From NCBI GenBank assembly GCA_010093815.1, contig ML996573.1: 64,000 nucleotides of DNA; one strand, written 5' to 3'. Source of the stretch: Pseudovirgaria hyperparasitica. Lineage: Eukaryota. The position numbers were made by a program, and so were the translations under genes. The notes beneath the pieces were generated by a model. The model did no database searches. It was not told the origin of the DNA and saw nothing but the letters and a program-made list of their open reading frames with translations. Shown here in pieces: positions 62,614-64,000 of the stretch (the first letter of the stretch is position 1; every line of letters starts with the position of its first letter).

Positions 62614-63627
62614 TCAATACCAGCTCTCTGAGCCCTTGCTTCGTTTAGGATATGTCAAAGCTCCTGGAGTCTTCGCACAGTTGGTAACATACGATGCAGA
62701 TGCATTGACAGGCTCGTAGTCATGGGCTTGAGGTTGGCCATACACGTGAGAGTAATACCATGCCTCCGAGATGACTGTGAAACCACGATCGGTTGTATTT
62801 CTGCCCGCCACTGTCTCGTTGAACCGTGGTCCAGAGCATCCGATGAAAGGCAAAGCGCCGTAGGCCTTGTACAGTACATCCTGGAACTGAGTCAAAGAAT
62901 ACTTTGTTTTGTTCGATGGCTTGATATCCGCATCAGCCAGCCAGTCATATGTTGGCAGGTCCTGGTAATACTTGATCGCTGTTTCGTAGTACTGTACGAG
63001 CTCCTCATGTTGAACATATTGAGGACCGTAGCATTCCACATCGAAAGTCGAAAAACAGGTAGCATGCTTCGAGAATTCATGGGCCCAAAGCTCGTGATTG
63101 GGCTGATTCTGGGCAATCCAGTACTTATTCATGTATTCGAGCAGATCGTATCGGTCGAACTTCTCGAGGAATGTGTCGACAGTAGGGCCATTGTACGGTG
63201 GGACTATAGTACCATTTGGCAAACCATTCGTTGTATTTGGCGATGGATGCGGATCATATTGACGTTTGAGATCGCAGCTTGAGAAATCAACACAGCTGAT
63301 AATAATCTACATGTCAGATGCTTACTATTGCGTATAACTTCCGTCGCAAAAATCAGGCCAGAGTCCGTGAATACCCCAGCTTTCTGCCGGTAGTTTTTGC
63401 CCCTTATCTTCACCTCCGGTATATGTTGACCAGAACTGTGTTGCAAGAACCAATCCTCCGAATGTCTCCACGCAACATGAGTCAACTTTTGCAGGATCCG
63501 CCTCAGTAGAGCACGAAAGAAATGGCTCTTGTAACACACAAGTGTGGTTTGCGGTGCTGCTGGTTCTCACTCCCGCCTCAGCAGCACTCACAAAAGCGAG
63601 GGCAGTAGCAACGGTCGTAGATCGCAT
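62614..63627 (-). CDS. Secreted ribonuclease T2; exons 63627-63326, 63277-62614
   Basis: Signal peptide, DSCCVETFGGLVLATQFW, CAS I WGIHGLWPDFCDG, CAS II LWAHEFSKHATC. Confidence 0.95.
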
Positions 63628-64000
63628 TTCAGTAAGGCAATTGGCTGATCGGAGCACCGTCGCGTGTAGTCGAAAAGAAATGTAGAGTTTTATCAAGAAG
63701 AAACCACAGACGGTTTAAACACAAGGAGGAGCGCAACAGTCATTTAAACGAACAGGTGGATCAGTGGCGAGCTCCGTCAGCCACGAAATCAAGCATTGGG
63801 TGCGCTGTTTATGAATGCTGCTCACACGTGCGGAAGGGTGGCAGATTTTGAGGTTGTTCAAGCATGACAGTCTAAGTCCGAAAAGGAAGGTGAAGGCGTT
63901 GAGATTTCACGGTCCACAGGTGTATTCTGGTGCCTGGGATATATATCGGGGTAGAACCGAGTCATGATCTGGGATCTAGACGACAGACCGTGTAGATATT

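Overview
Gene-dense, intron-containing genomic DNA from a filamentous ascomycete (Pezizomycotina; Dothideomycete-like by inference). It has short GT-AG introns with CTRAY branch points, so the ORF track splits most genes and I rebuilt exons by hand. About 30 protein-coding genes: IDO, MRM1, a Mit1/CHD remodeler, an SDE3/MOV10-type helicase, fRMsr, SMC3, an MFS sugar porter with a divergent GH5, DUF218, class III chitin synthase, UBC12, ILV5, XRCC2-like, SOM1, TAF8, COX9, AP-3 mu, DUG1, MRPL20, SRPBCC, GT61, a PLD-family protein, LSO2, an aquaglyceroporin and RNase T2. There are also two orphan-rich accessory stretches (about 28-32 kb and 59-62.5 kb). I saw no tRNA, rRNA, CRISPR or recognisable transposon. 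The strongest finding is a RIB7 riboflavin-pathway gene inactivated by three frameshifts and deletions among intact housekeeping neighbours. Other highlights: an orphan protein made of six 19-aa Cys-Glu-Asp/KK-x-QY repeats; a co-regulated transporter/GH5 pair; an apparent alternative C-terminus in the Mit1-like remodeler; a 5-nt microexon; a probable dual-targeted DUG1; and a 38-bp palindrome upstream of an orphan gene. All family assignments come from motif recognition, not database searches.
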